A DNA stretch of 32,393 nucleotides from an uncultured Muribaculaceae bacterium (GCA_964368975.1 CAYJDP010000002.1:2039-34431); one strand, 5' to 3'. Numbered from the stretch's first letter, positions 7,921 through 15,772 are shown. Notes: generated by a model from the letters alone, not told the origin. A program made the numbers and translations.

Positions 7921-9030
7921 ATGAGACAAGTTAAGTATGAAGGTTTTGAGAAACAATTTGTTGTAAAAAGAAAAATTAAAAGAAGTTTTATTAAGAAAAC
8001 TATTTTAATTTTTCTTACAATTATTCTATTTTATCTTTCTGTTTTAGCAGGTTTATATACATTTAAAGTGGAAAATGATTATATTGGTTATAATGAAAAA
8101 GGTACTATTGATTATAAGGTTTATTTAAAAGATAATAGTTATTACGGTGAAGAGTTTTTCACTAAAAGTGATAATATGTCTTTTGTTTCTAATTTAATTA
8201 AAACTATTAATGTAGATTTTATATATGAAATTAGTGCATTAGAAGAAATTACTAATAGTTATGATTATAATATTTCTGCTGAATTGTTTATATATGATAA
8301 AGATGATCAAACAAAAGTTTTGTATTCGGATAAAGAAATATTAAAAGAAGTTAATGTTGATAGTTTTGATAAAAATAAGTATATTGTTAAAGATAGTATA
8401 GATGTAGATTATGATTATTATAATGAACAGGTATTAAACTTTAAAAAAGATTATTCATTATCTGTTATTAGTGAGTTAATTCTTACAATGAATGTTCAAT
8501 CTAAATTAGAGGTAAATGGAAATAGTTCTTCTAATAATAGCGATATTAAAGTTAGTATTCCATTAACTGTTCAAACGTTAGATATTAATATGGCTACTAG
8601 CGAATTTAATAATCCTTTAAAATTAGGTAGTACAATTAGTAATGTTAATTTTTTTAATATTATGATATTTAGTATTTTGTGTTTATTAACAATAATAACT
8701 ATTACATTATTTTTCTTAGTATCTAGAAATGTTAAGAAAGATATTTATCAACAGACAATTAAAAAATATTTAAGACAGTATGATAGAGTAATTATTGCTA
8801 GTAAACAACCAAATCTTAATGAAGCAAGATTTGATCAAAAAATTAGAATTATGTCTATTGAGGAGTTAATAGATGCTCATGATACTTTAGGTAAACCTAT
8901 ATTATATTATGAAGTAGTTCCTAACGAGAAGAGTTATTTTATTATAATTGCTGATGGTGTTTTATATAAACTTACTATTAGTAGAGCTTATTTAGAAAAG
9001 CAAGAAATGGAAAAAAAGGCTAGTTTATAG
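7921..9030 (+). CDS. Two-TM membrane protein, DUF5305-like (large extracytoplasmic loop, roughly 100 aa cytoplasmic C-terminal domain)
   Basis: ATG at 7921 follows GGGGTGA; the GTG at 7912 is also possible. TM1 is ILIFLTIILFYLSVLAGLYTF and TM2 is IMIFSILCLLTIITITLFFLV. The architecture and the position next to a SipW-type peptidase match my recollection of DUF5305 proteins. The family assignment is from memory, not a search. Confidence 0.6.
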   Translation: MRQVKYEGFEKQFVVKRKIKRSFIKKTILIFLTIILFYLSVLAGLYTFKVENDYIGYNEKGTIDYKVYLKDNSYYGEEFFTKSDNMSFVSNLIKTINVDFIYEISALEEITNSYDYNISAELFIYDKDDQTKVLYSDKEILKEVNVDSFDKNKYIVKDSIDVDYDYYNEQVLNFKKDYSLSVISELILTMNVQSKLEVNGNSSSNNSDIKVSIPLTVQTLDINMATSEFNNPLKLGSTISNVNFFNIMIFSILCLLTIITITLFFLVSRNVKKDIYQQTIKKYLRQYDRVIIASKQPNLNEARFDQKIRIMSIEELIDAHDTLGKPILYYEVVPNEKSYFIIIADGVLYKLTISRAYLEKQEMEKKASL

Positions 9031-9040
9031 TCTTTTTTTT
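9015..9040 (+). terminator. Possible weak terminator
   Basis: AAGGCTA pairs with TAGTCTT (one G-U pair), followed by T8. Confidence 0.35.
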
Positions 9041-9094
9041 GTAATAATTTAATTCATTAATAATATATTTAATTAGAAAGTGGAGGTATTATTA

Positions 9095-10195
9095 ATGAAA
9101 AAGTTATTTGTAATATTTAGTTTATCTTTATTATTAGTAGGATGTGGTAGTTATGGTGAAAACGATGTTTTATATGATTTGAATGAAATGAATGATGATA
9201 TGGAAGCTTATGTTGCTACTGGTACTTTAGATATTTTAAATAATGATCAAATGTATAATTACGATGTTGAAGTTAGTTATAAGAAAGGGGATTATTATAG
9301 AGTTATTTTAACTAATACTGATAATAAATATACTCAAATTATTCTAAAAAATGATGAAGGAGTTTTTGTACTTACGCCTGCTTTAAACAAGAGTTTTAAA
9401 TTTCAAAGTGAGTGGCCTTATTCTGATTCACAGAGCTATATAATTTCTTCAATTATTGCAGATATTGATAGTGATAAAGATAGGGAATATAAAGAAGTTG
9501 ATAATGGATATGAATTTATTACAAAAATTAATTATCCGAATAATGATAAATTAGTTAGACAAAAGATTTTATTAGATAAAGAATTAAGTGTTAAAGAAGT
9601 TACAGTATATGATTCTAATGATGTAGAAATTTTAAAAATGAGTTTTTCTAATATTGATTATGAACCTAATTTTTTAGATGATCATTTTGATTTAGAGGCT
9701 ATTATGAAAGAGTTTGCACCTGAGGAAGAATTAGTAGAGGACAATAGTGAAGAAAATAATAATGCTCAAGATGAGACAGTTGATGAAGATAGTGTCGAAG
9801 AAGAACAGGATAAAGCAGAAGAAGATACTGAAATTGATAGTGAGGTTACTGGTTTATTAGAAGATTCAATATATCCTTTGTTTATACCAGATGGTACTAA
9901 ACTAGTTAGTGAAGAAGAAATTGTTATGGATGATGGTAAGCGTATTATTATGACGTTTGATGGAGAAAAGTCGTTTCTATTAGTTCAAGAAACAGTTAAA
10001 GCAGAGGATGAAATGGTAGTTATTCCTACTTTTGGAGAACCTTATCAACTTTTAGATACTCTTGGGGTTATGACAGATAATTCACTTACATGGCATACTG
10101 GTGGAGTTGAATATTATATTGTCAGTGATGTTTTAAGTACTAATGAATTAATTGAAGTTGCTCAATCTATTAGTGTTTTACCTACTATGAAGTAA
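9095..10195 (+). CDS. Lipoprotein: LolA-like (lipoprotein-sorting-fold) N-terminal half, acidic linker, DUF4367-like C-terminal domain
   Basis: MKKLFVIFSLSLLLVGC-GS is a clear lipobox, with GGAGG upstream of the ATG at 9095. The N-terminal half resembles COG2834/YdcC-type proteins. The linker is E/D-rich (EEELVEDNSEENNNAQDE...). The C-terminal ...GVEYYIVSDVLSTNELIEVAQSI resembles DUF4367 ends. Domain calls are from memory. Confidence 0.6.
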   Translation: MKKLFVIFSLSLLLVGCGSYGENDVLYDLNEMNDDMEAYVATGTLDILNNDQMYNYDVEVSYKKGDYYRVILTNTDNKYTQIILKNDEGVFVLTPALNKSFKFQSEWPYSDSQSYIISSIIADIDSDKDREYKEVDNGYEFITKINYPNNDKLVRQKILLDKELSVKEVTVYDSNDVEILKMSFSNIDYEPNFLDDHFDLEAIMKEFAPEEELVEDNSEENNNAQDETVDEDSVEEEQDKAEEDTEIDSEVTGLLEDSIYPLFIPDGTKLVSEEEIVMDDGKRIIMTFDGEKSFLLVQETVKAEDEMVVIPTFGEPYQLLDTLGVMTDNSLTWHTGGVEYYIVSDVLSTNELIEVAQSISVLPTMK

Positions 10196-10219
10196 AAAAG
10201 AGTTTACCTCTTTTTTTTA
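10195..10219 (+). terminator. Rho-independent terminator
   Basis: AAGAG (10198-10202) pairs with CTCTT (10208-10212), extended by A/T pairs, followed by T8. Confidence 0.5.
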
Positions 10220-10246
10220 CTATGATATAATTAAAGGGGTGATAAT

Positions 10247-10744
10247 ATGAAAAAGGAAAACAATTCAAAATTAAGTGTAGATAAAGATATTAGAGGGGTA
10301 CTTATAACAATTGGAGTAGTATTTTTATTTATAACTGTATTCTATTTTATTTCTTTATATTTAAATAATAGTGATAGTATAGATTATAGTAGTACTGAAG
10401 GTGAAGCTTATATACAATATGATGAAATATTAGCTGGATCTAGTTTTACTATTAACGAAGGTGAATATATAGTAGTTTATTATGATAAAATGAACGAAGA
10501 GTATGCTTCTAATTTATATTCTACTATTGCAAATTATCAATTATTAGATGATAGTTTAAGAATATACAGTGTAGATATGAGTGATGATATTAATAAAAAT
10601 TATTTGGCAGATGAATCTACATTGGATGTGGATAATGTTAATGATTTGAAAATTAATGATGCTACTTTAATTAAATTTAATAATGGAGAAATAGTAGAAT
10701 CAGTTACTAGTAGTGATTCAATTGTAGAGTACTTAAATAAATAA
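10247..10744 (+). CDS. N-terminally anchored exported protein, unknown function (possibly a thioredoxin-like fold without CxxC)
   Basis: GGGGTGA RBS and one TM helix (VLITIGVVFLFITVFYFISLYL). The beta-alpha-beta style pattern (YIVVYYDK ... IYSVDMSD ... TLIKFNNGEIVE) is reminiscent of a Trx fold, but there is no Cys. Confidence 0.6.
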   Translation: MKKENNSKLSVDKDIRGVLITIGVVFLFITVFYFISLYLNNSDSIDYSSTEGEAYIQYDEILAGSSFTINEGEYIVVYYDKMNEEYASNLYSTIANYQLLDDSLRIYSVDMSDDINKNYLADESTLDVDNVNDLKINDATLIKFNNGEIVESVTSSDSIVEYLNK

Positions 10745-10766
10745 CTTCTTTTAGAAGTTTTTTATT
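10743..10766 (+). terminator. Rho-independent terminator
   Basis: AACTTCT (10743-10749) pairs with AGAAGTT (10753-10759), followed by a T-run. Confidence 0.6.
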
Positions 10767-10816
10767 TTTATATTAAGAAATTTATGTTATTATAGATATA
10801 GAGCGTAGAGGTGGAT

Positions 10817-12028
10817 ATGAAATACAAAATAAAAAATAACATGAAAAAATTCGTTAAAAGTAAAGATACTTTTACAATGATTGAAGTTGTAATAATAATA
10901 ATAGTAGCTATGATATTAGGGGTTTCTATAGGGGCGGTAATATCTTATCATAATAGTTTTGATGATAATAATATACAAGAGTTTATTGATACTTACAATG
11001 ATATTTCGAATAATTATTATGATGAAGTAGATAAAAATTTATTAATTGAATATGCGATTGCAGGAATGATTGAATCATTAGATGATCCTTATTCTGAGTA
11101 TTTAGATATAGAAGAAAGTGAATCTTTTAACCAAAGTGTAAATGGTAACTATGTTGGTATTGGTACTACTGTTGGTGTAAGTGTAGATGGTGTTGCTTAT
11201 ATATTAGGAGTATTTGAAAATTCTCCTGCTAGTGAAGTTGGTTTAGAAGTTAATGATATTATTTTAAAAATCGACGAAGAAGATGTTAGTAATACAGATA
11301 TGGATACGTTAACTGGATTAATAAAAGGTGAAGAAAATACTAAAGTAACACTTCTTATTAAAAGGGGTGATGAAGAACTATCTTTTGAATTGGAAAGAGC
11401 AGTAGTAGATTTACCATCTGTTACTAACGAAGTTATTGAAGAAGATGGTAAAAAAATTGGAGTATTAAGTGTATCAATGTTTGCTGCAAATACATATGAT
11501 CAATTTGAAGAACAATTAAATGAATTAGAAGATCAAGATATTGAATCTTTGATAATTGATGTTAGAGGTAATCCAGGAGGTCATTTAACCCAAGTTAGTG
11601 ATATGCTCTCATTGTTCTTAAATGAAGGCGATATATTATATCAACTAGAAACAAAAGGTAAAATTGAAAAATATAAAGATGAAACTGAAGAAAGTAGAAA
11701 CTATCCTATAGTAGTTTTAGTTGATGGTTCTTCAGCTTCTGCTTCTGAATTATTTACTGTAGGATTAAAAGAATCTTATGAAAAAATAGATATTATAGGT
11801 GTTAATACTTATGGTAAAGGTTCTGTTCAAGAAGCTTATGATTTAGATTCTGGTTCTACATATAAATATACTGTGCAAAAGTGGTTATCTCCAGAAGGGA
11901 ATTCTATAGATGAAGTTGGAGTTGCACCTACTGAAGAAGTTGTTTTGGATGAAATATATTTTACTGATCCAACTATAGAAAATGACAATCAATTTCAAAA
12001 GGCTTTAGAAATTTTAAAAAACAAATAA
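10817..12028 (+). CDS. S41 family C-terminal processing peptidase with PDZ domain (Ctp-like)
   Basis: It contains VRGNPGGHL and DGSSASASE (the S41 catalytic Ser box), a PDZ-like GLEVNDIILKIDEEDV segment and the Lys region YGKGSVQ. AGAGGTGG lies upstream of the ATG at 10817. Confidence 0.9.
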   Translation: MKYKIKNNMKKFVKSKDTFTMIEVVIIIIVAMILGVSIGAVISYHNSFDDNNIQEFIDTYNDISNNYYDEVDKNLLIEYAIAGMIESLDDPYSEYLDIEESESFNQSVNGNYVGIGTTVGVSVDGVAYILGVFENSPASEVGLEVNDIILKIDEEDVSNTDMDTLTGLIKGEENTKVTLLIKRGDEELSFELERAVVDLPSVTNEVIEEDGKKIGVLSVSMFAANTYDQFEEQLNELEDQDIESLIIDVRGNPGGHLTQVSDMLSLFLNEGDILYQLETKGKIEKYKDETEESRNYPIVVLVDGSSASASELFTVGLKESYEKIDIIGVNTYGKGSVQEAYDLDSGSTYKYTVQKWLSPEGNSIDEVGVAPTEEVVLDEIYFTDPTIENDNQFQKALEILKNK

Positions 12029-12049
12029 GAGTCTAGATAGACTCTTTTA
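12027..12049. terminator. Bidirectional terminator between convergent genes
   Basis: AAGAGTCT (12027-12034) pairs with AGACTCTT (12039-12046), with A/T runs on both sides. It overlaps both stop codons. Confidence 0.6.
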
Positions 12050-12584
12050 ATTTACTTATTATTACTAGTTGTTGATTTTCTATATTGCTACACGTTGTTA
12101 AAATAAGATTTGTTTCATTATTTTTTTTAATTTCAATATTTCCATCTTTTATTTGGTTACTTATAGAATTTATTTGATATGTATATGTTATACTGTTATG
12201 ATTTAAATATATTAAATCATTTTCTTTTATGTTAAATAATTCATTGAAGTATGCTGTATTTCCTTCGCCGGAGTGTGCCGCTAAATAAATATTAGTATTT
12301 GGTATTGGTGGTATAGTAGAGTCACTTAATATTTCTACGTTTTTTTCTACAGTATTTTCATTACTAATAGGGTCATACAGTAAATATGTTTTATTATTTA
12401 TTGTTAATGTTGCAATACTAGTTATTGGGTTTTTCAATTTTTTTTGCTCTTCATTTATTTCTGTTAATTTAGGTGTAGATATAGTATTTTCTAATGGTTT
12501 GATTTTAGAAATACTATTTTCATTTATGTTTATATTAAATATATTAATAATTATTAGAAAGATTAGGGTTATTTTTTTTAACAT
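12033..12584 (-). CDS. Sortase-family transpeptidase, atypical (no Arg anywhere in the protein)
   Basis: N-terminal TM anchor, His box IYLAAHSGEG, and Cys box LILTTCS (Cys165, codon 12090-12092). The protein contains no arginine. The position where the catalytic Arg normally follows the TLxTC box reads NIENQQLVIISKL. It overlaps the upstream adhesin gene by 41 nt. Confidence 0.8.
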   Translation of the reverse strand: MLKKITLIFLIIINIFNININENSISKIKPLENTISTPKLTEINEEQKKLKNPITSIATLTINNKTYLLYDPISNENTVEKNVEILSDSTIPPIPNTNIYLAAHSGEGNTAYFNELFNIKENDLIYLNHNSITYTYQINSISNQIKDGNIEIKKNNETNLILTTCSNIENQQLVIISKLKESI

Positions 12585-14001
12585 AACATATTCCTATACA
12601 AATTATTAAAGAAATTAAAGAGATTGTAGATTTTTTAGTTGTATTAGTATCAGGTACTGGTATTTTATAATCATATAATTCGATTGTTTCTGGATTGTTA
12701 TCTTCTATTATTATTTTAAAATCATCTGTTTCTTTATATCCAGCAGTTGTATTTAATTGTTTAACTGTATAAGTTCCATAAGGTAAGTTAGCTGTTGCGA
12801 TACCTAAATTATTTGTTGTAATAGTCTCTACTAAGGTGTTTTTGTTATTATATATTTCAAATGAAATATTTTCTTCTGGTATAAAGTTATTAGTAGTACC
12901 ATAGTATTTTTTTAGAGTTATTTCTTTTTCTATAACTTTATTTTCTACAGTTAATTCTATATTTGTGTTATCTTGTCTTGGAAATACTTCATAGATTGTT
13001 TCATTTAGAGTGTAACCGATTCCTGCTTTTATTTCTTTTATATAATATTTTGCGTATTGAATATCATTTATTATAGTTTGATTATTTTCATCAATTGTTA
13101 CTTGATAAAGTTCATTCATTTGATTATCGTATACTTGATATACTGAGCCTATAAGTGATGCTTCTCCACTAGGAGTTATACTATTAGTATCTTTATCTAT
13201 TTTTGTTATTTTTATTTCTGTATTTTTAACTGCTACATTAAATGATATATTAATAGCCGGTATATCACCTACAGTCATTAATGTTTGTGATGTATTTGAT
13301 TGATAATAAATAATTGGTTTATTATATGCTGGTTTATTTTTTGTTAGTGTTATAGTTTCGATTCCACTAGAGATAGGATTTATTGTTATTGTATCTTTGC
13401 TAATAGTTGCATTGTTTGATGTTACTGTATATTCACTTAATCCTGAATACGATATATTTACTAAATTGTTTGCTGCACTATAATAAGTTTTACCATCAAT
13501 ATTATTTTTCGTTGTATAATTGTTAATTAAATTATTTATTTCGTTTATTTCATTATTAAATGGTTCTATTCTTTGACCGTTTAAAGTTTGTGTAAAATAA
13601 TAGTCTGCATTAGGATCTGCTACTTGCCATATCATTAATTGTGTTATTGCATACCATTTTGAATCAGTATGATTTTGATATCCATATCCAAAATGAGATA
13701 TAAGTGCTATTTTATTTTGTTGTTCAATAGTTAAATTATTTGGATTGAAAGTTGGTGTATAAACTGAATTAGCATTAAACATTACAAATGGCTCTATACA
13801 ATATGCATGTTGATTAGAGTGATTTTCTCTTACTATTTTACCTGTTAAATAATAAGTTATTCCGGCCTTTTCTTTATTTAAATACACTCCAGGAATTGTT
13901 TCTGCTTCATAAAAAGTAGTTGATTCTGCTTTTACATTTATATTATTAGTAAAAGATAATACTGCTACAATTATTATTAAGAAAATATTTATTTTTTTCA
14001 T
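12544..14001 (-). CDS. Cell-wall-anchored adhesin: signal peptide, thioester (TED/TQXA-like) domain, two CnaB/SpaA-type domains, C-terminal sorting signal VPDTN
   Basis: AAGGAGGAA RBS and signal peptide MKKINIFLIIIVAVLSF...VKA. AYCIEP (Cys68, codon 13798-13800) and AITQLMIWQ (Gln121) fit the TED motifs [YFL]C-hydrophobic-[DENQ] and TQxA-hydrophobic-W. Two segments are typical of CnaB folds: IKITKIDKD...GSVYQVYD...YYIKEIKAGIGY and YGTYTVKQLNTTAGY. The tail is VPDTN (12643-12657), then a hydrophobic helix, then KK. Confidence 0.85.
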   Translation of the reverse strand: MKKINIFLIIIVAVLSFTNNINVKAESTTFYEAETIPGVYLNKEKAGITYYLTGKIVRENHSNQHAYCIEPFVMFNANSVYTPTFNPNNLTIEQQNKIALISHFGYGYQNHTDSKWYAITQLMIWQVADPNADYYFTQTLNGQRIEPFNNEINEINNLINNYTTKNNIDGKTYYSAANNLVNISYSGLSEYTVTSNNATISKDTITINPISSGIETITLTKNKPAYNKPIIYYQSNTSQTLMTVGDIPAINISFNVAVKNTEIKITKIDKDTNSITPSGEASLIGSVYQVYDNQMNELYQVTIDENNQTIINDIQYAKYYIKEIKAGIGYTLNETIYEVFPRQDNTNIELTVENKVIEKEITLKKYYGTTNNFIPEENISFEIYNNKNTLVETITTNNLGIATANLPYGTYTVKQLNTTAGYKETDDFKIIIEDNNPETIELYDYKIPVPDTNTTKKSTISLISLIICIGICYVKKNNPNLSNNY

Positions 14002-14168
14002 TTTTATTCCTCCTTTTTTCTTAATGAAGAAATATTAACATGAATTAGGTTTTTATTGCAAAGTGTACTTTTTTTATTTTTGTTTATAATTTTTTATGAA
14101 TTATTTGTTTTTGTTAAGAGATTTTTTTATTTTCATAAAAAAAAAATAAAGAATATACAAGTTTGATG

Positions 14169-14177
14169 TGTTATAAT
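14169..14177 (+). promoter_or_regulatory. Extended -10 promoter element for fhs
   Basis: TGtTATAAT at 14169-14177, 24 nt upstream of the fhs ATG. There is no good -35. Confidence 0.45.
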
Positions 14178-14201
14178 ATTAATTAATGAAAGGGTGATTC
14201 T

Positions 14202-15728
14202 ATGATTAAAATAGAAGATATTGCTAAAGAATTAGGAATTATAAATGATATTGAAAAGTATGGTGATTATTTAGCTAAAGTTAATATTAACTCTAATGAA
14301 AGAGTAGGTAAATTGATTTTAGTTACTGCTATTAATCCTACTCCTTATGGGGAAGGTAAAACTACTGTTAGTATTGGTCTTGCTGATGGATTAAGACAAC
14401 TTGATAAAAAGAGTATTGCAGTTTTGAGAGAACCATCTATTGGTCCTGTTTTTGGGATGAAAGGTGGTGCTACTGGTGGGGGTCTTTCACAAGTGGTTCC
14501 TTCTACTGAAATTAATTTGCATTTTACTGGGGATTTTCATGCTATAGGTGTTTGTAATAATTTATTATGTGCTGCAGTTGATAATCATATTTTTCAAGGG
14601 AATGAGTTGGATATTGTAAAAAAGACTTTAAAAAGATGTGTCGATGTTAATGATAGATATTTACGAGATAAAGGATTTGTTATTACTGCTGCTAGTGAAA
14701 TTATGAGTATATTTACATTATCTAATGATTTTGGAGATTTAAGAAGAAGACTTGGTAATATTATAATAGGATATAATAGTTTAGATAAAATTGTTTTAGC
14801 TAAAGAATTAGGTATAGTAGGTTCTTTAGTTGCATTACTTAAAGATTCTTTTAAACCTAATTTAGTTCAAACACTAGAAAAAACTCCAGTATTAATACAT
14901 GGAGGTCCTTTTGCAAATATTGCTCATGGTTGTAACAGTGTTGTTTCTACTAAGTTAGGGCTTTCACTTGGTGATTATGTGATTACTGAAGCAGGTTTTG
15001 GGGCTGATTTAGGAGCTTTTAAGTTTTTAGATATAAAATGTCGTAATATGAATATTTATCCAGATGTAGTGGTTTTAGTTGCTACTATAAAGGCTTTAAA
15101 ATACAATGGTGATAATAATTTGGAAAGTGGCCTTTGTAATTTAGAAAAGCACATTTCTAATTTAAAGTTAATGAATTGTAATTTAGTTGTTTGTTTAAAT
15201 AAATTTATTGATGATACTGATGAAGATATTGATATAGTTAGAAATTTATGTGTTGAATTAGGTGTTGAATTTTCAATTAGTGAAGCATACCTAAAAGGTG
15301 GAGCTGGCGCAATTGATTTATCTAATAAAGTAATTAAACTTTGTGAAAAAGATAACTTTATAAAACAGATATATGATATTGATTTAAATATTAAAGATAA
15401 AATTAGTATTGTAGCCAAAGAAATATTTGGATCTAGTAGAGTTAACTATACGGATAAAGCTTTAGATAAAATAGAGTTAATTCGACATAATAATTTAGAG
15501 AAAATGCCTATTTGTGTATCAAAAACCCCTTATTCGTTTTCAGATAATCCTAAGTTATTAGGTGCACCTAAGGATTTTGATATTTTAGTTACTGATGTAG
15601 ATATTAATAATGGGGGAGAGTTTATTACTATTTATTTAGGTGGAGTTATTACTATGCCTGGTTTATCAAAGGAACCTAATTATTTAAAAATAGATGTTAT
15701 TGATGATGAGATAATTGGAGTAGAGTAA
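14202..15728 (+). CDS. fhs: Formate--tetrahydrofolate ligase (compact 508 aa form)
   Basis: P-loop region TPYGEGKTT, then REPSIGPVFGMKGGATGGG, HGGPFANIAHGCNS, and the C-terminal TMPGLSKEP. The match to FTHFS is unmistakable. Confidence 0.95.
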   Translation: MIKIEDIAKELGIINDIEKYGDYLAKVNINSNERVGKLILVTAINPTPYGEGKTTVSIGLADGLRQLDKKSIAVLREPSIGPVFGMKGGATGGGLSQVVPSTEINLHFTGDFHAIGVCNNLLCAAVDNHIFQGNELDIVKKTLKRCVDVNDRYLRDKGFVITAASEIMSIFTLSNDFGDLRRRLGNIIIGYNSLDKIVLAKELGIVGSLVALLKDSFKPNLVQTLEKTPVLIHGGPFANIAHGCNSVVSTKLGLSLGDYVITEAGFGADLGAFKFLDIKCRNMNIYPDVVVLVATIKALKYNGDNNLESGLCNLEKHISNLKLMNCNLVVCLNKFIDDTDEDIDIVRNLCVELGVEFSISEAYLKGGAGAIDLSNKVIKLCEKDNFIKQIYDIDLNIKDKISIVAKEIFGSSRVNYTDKALDKIELIRHNNLEKMPICVSKTPYSFSDNPKLLGAPKDFDILVTDVDINNGGEFITIYLGGVITMPGLSKEPNYLKIDVIDDEIIGVE

Positions 15729-15743
15729 TCTACTTTTTTTTAT

Positions 15744-15772
15744 AAAAAAAAATGTCAAAAGACATTTTTAAT
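15744..15772. terminator. Bidirectional terminator
   Basis: AAAAATGTC (15747-15756 region) pairs with GACATTTTT (15761-15769), loop AAAA, flanked by T-runs and A-runs. It lies between the convergent fhs and the minus-strand oxidoreductase. Confidence 0.65.

Noticed and set aside
14002-14201. A possible riboswitch (ZTP or THF type) in the long AT-rich region upstream of fhs
   Set aside because: The best promoter element (TGtTATAAT at 14169-14177) leaves only about a 20 nt leader. The region is A/T homopolymer-rich with no GC-supported helices. It more likely holds divergent promoters for fhs and the adhesin gene.
15056-15418. A 120 aa ORF antisense to fhs
   Set aside because: It lies entirely inside a strongly supported fhs gene on the opposite strand, has no RBS, and its translation is low-complexity. 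It is most likely a chance open frame.
14202-15728. fhs as a pseudogene, considered because it is about 50 aa shorter than usual
   Set aside because: The frame is uninterrupted, the RBS and start are good, and all catalytic and nucleotide-binding boxes I recognise are intact. I report it as a compact variant instead.
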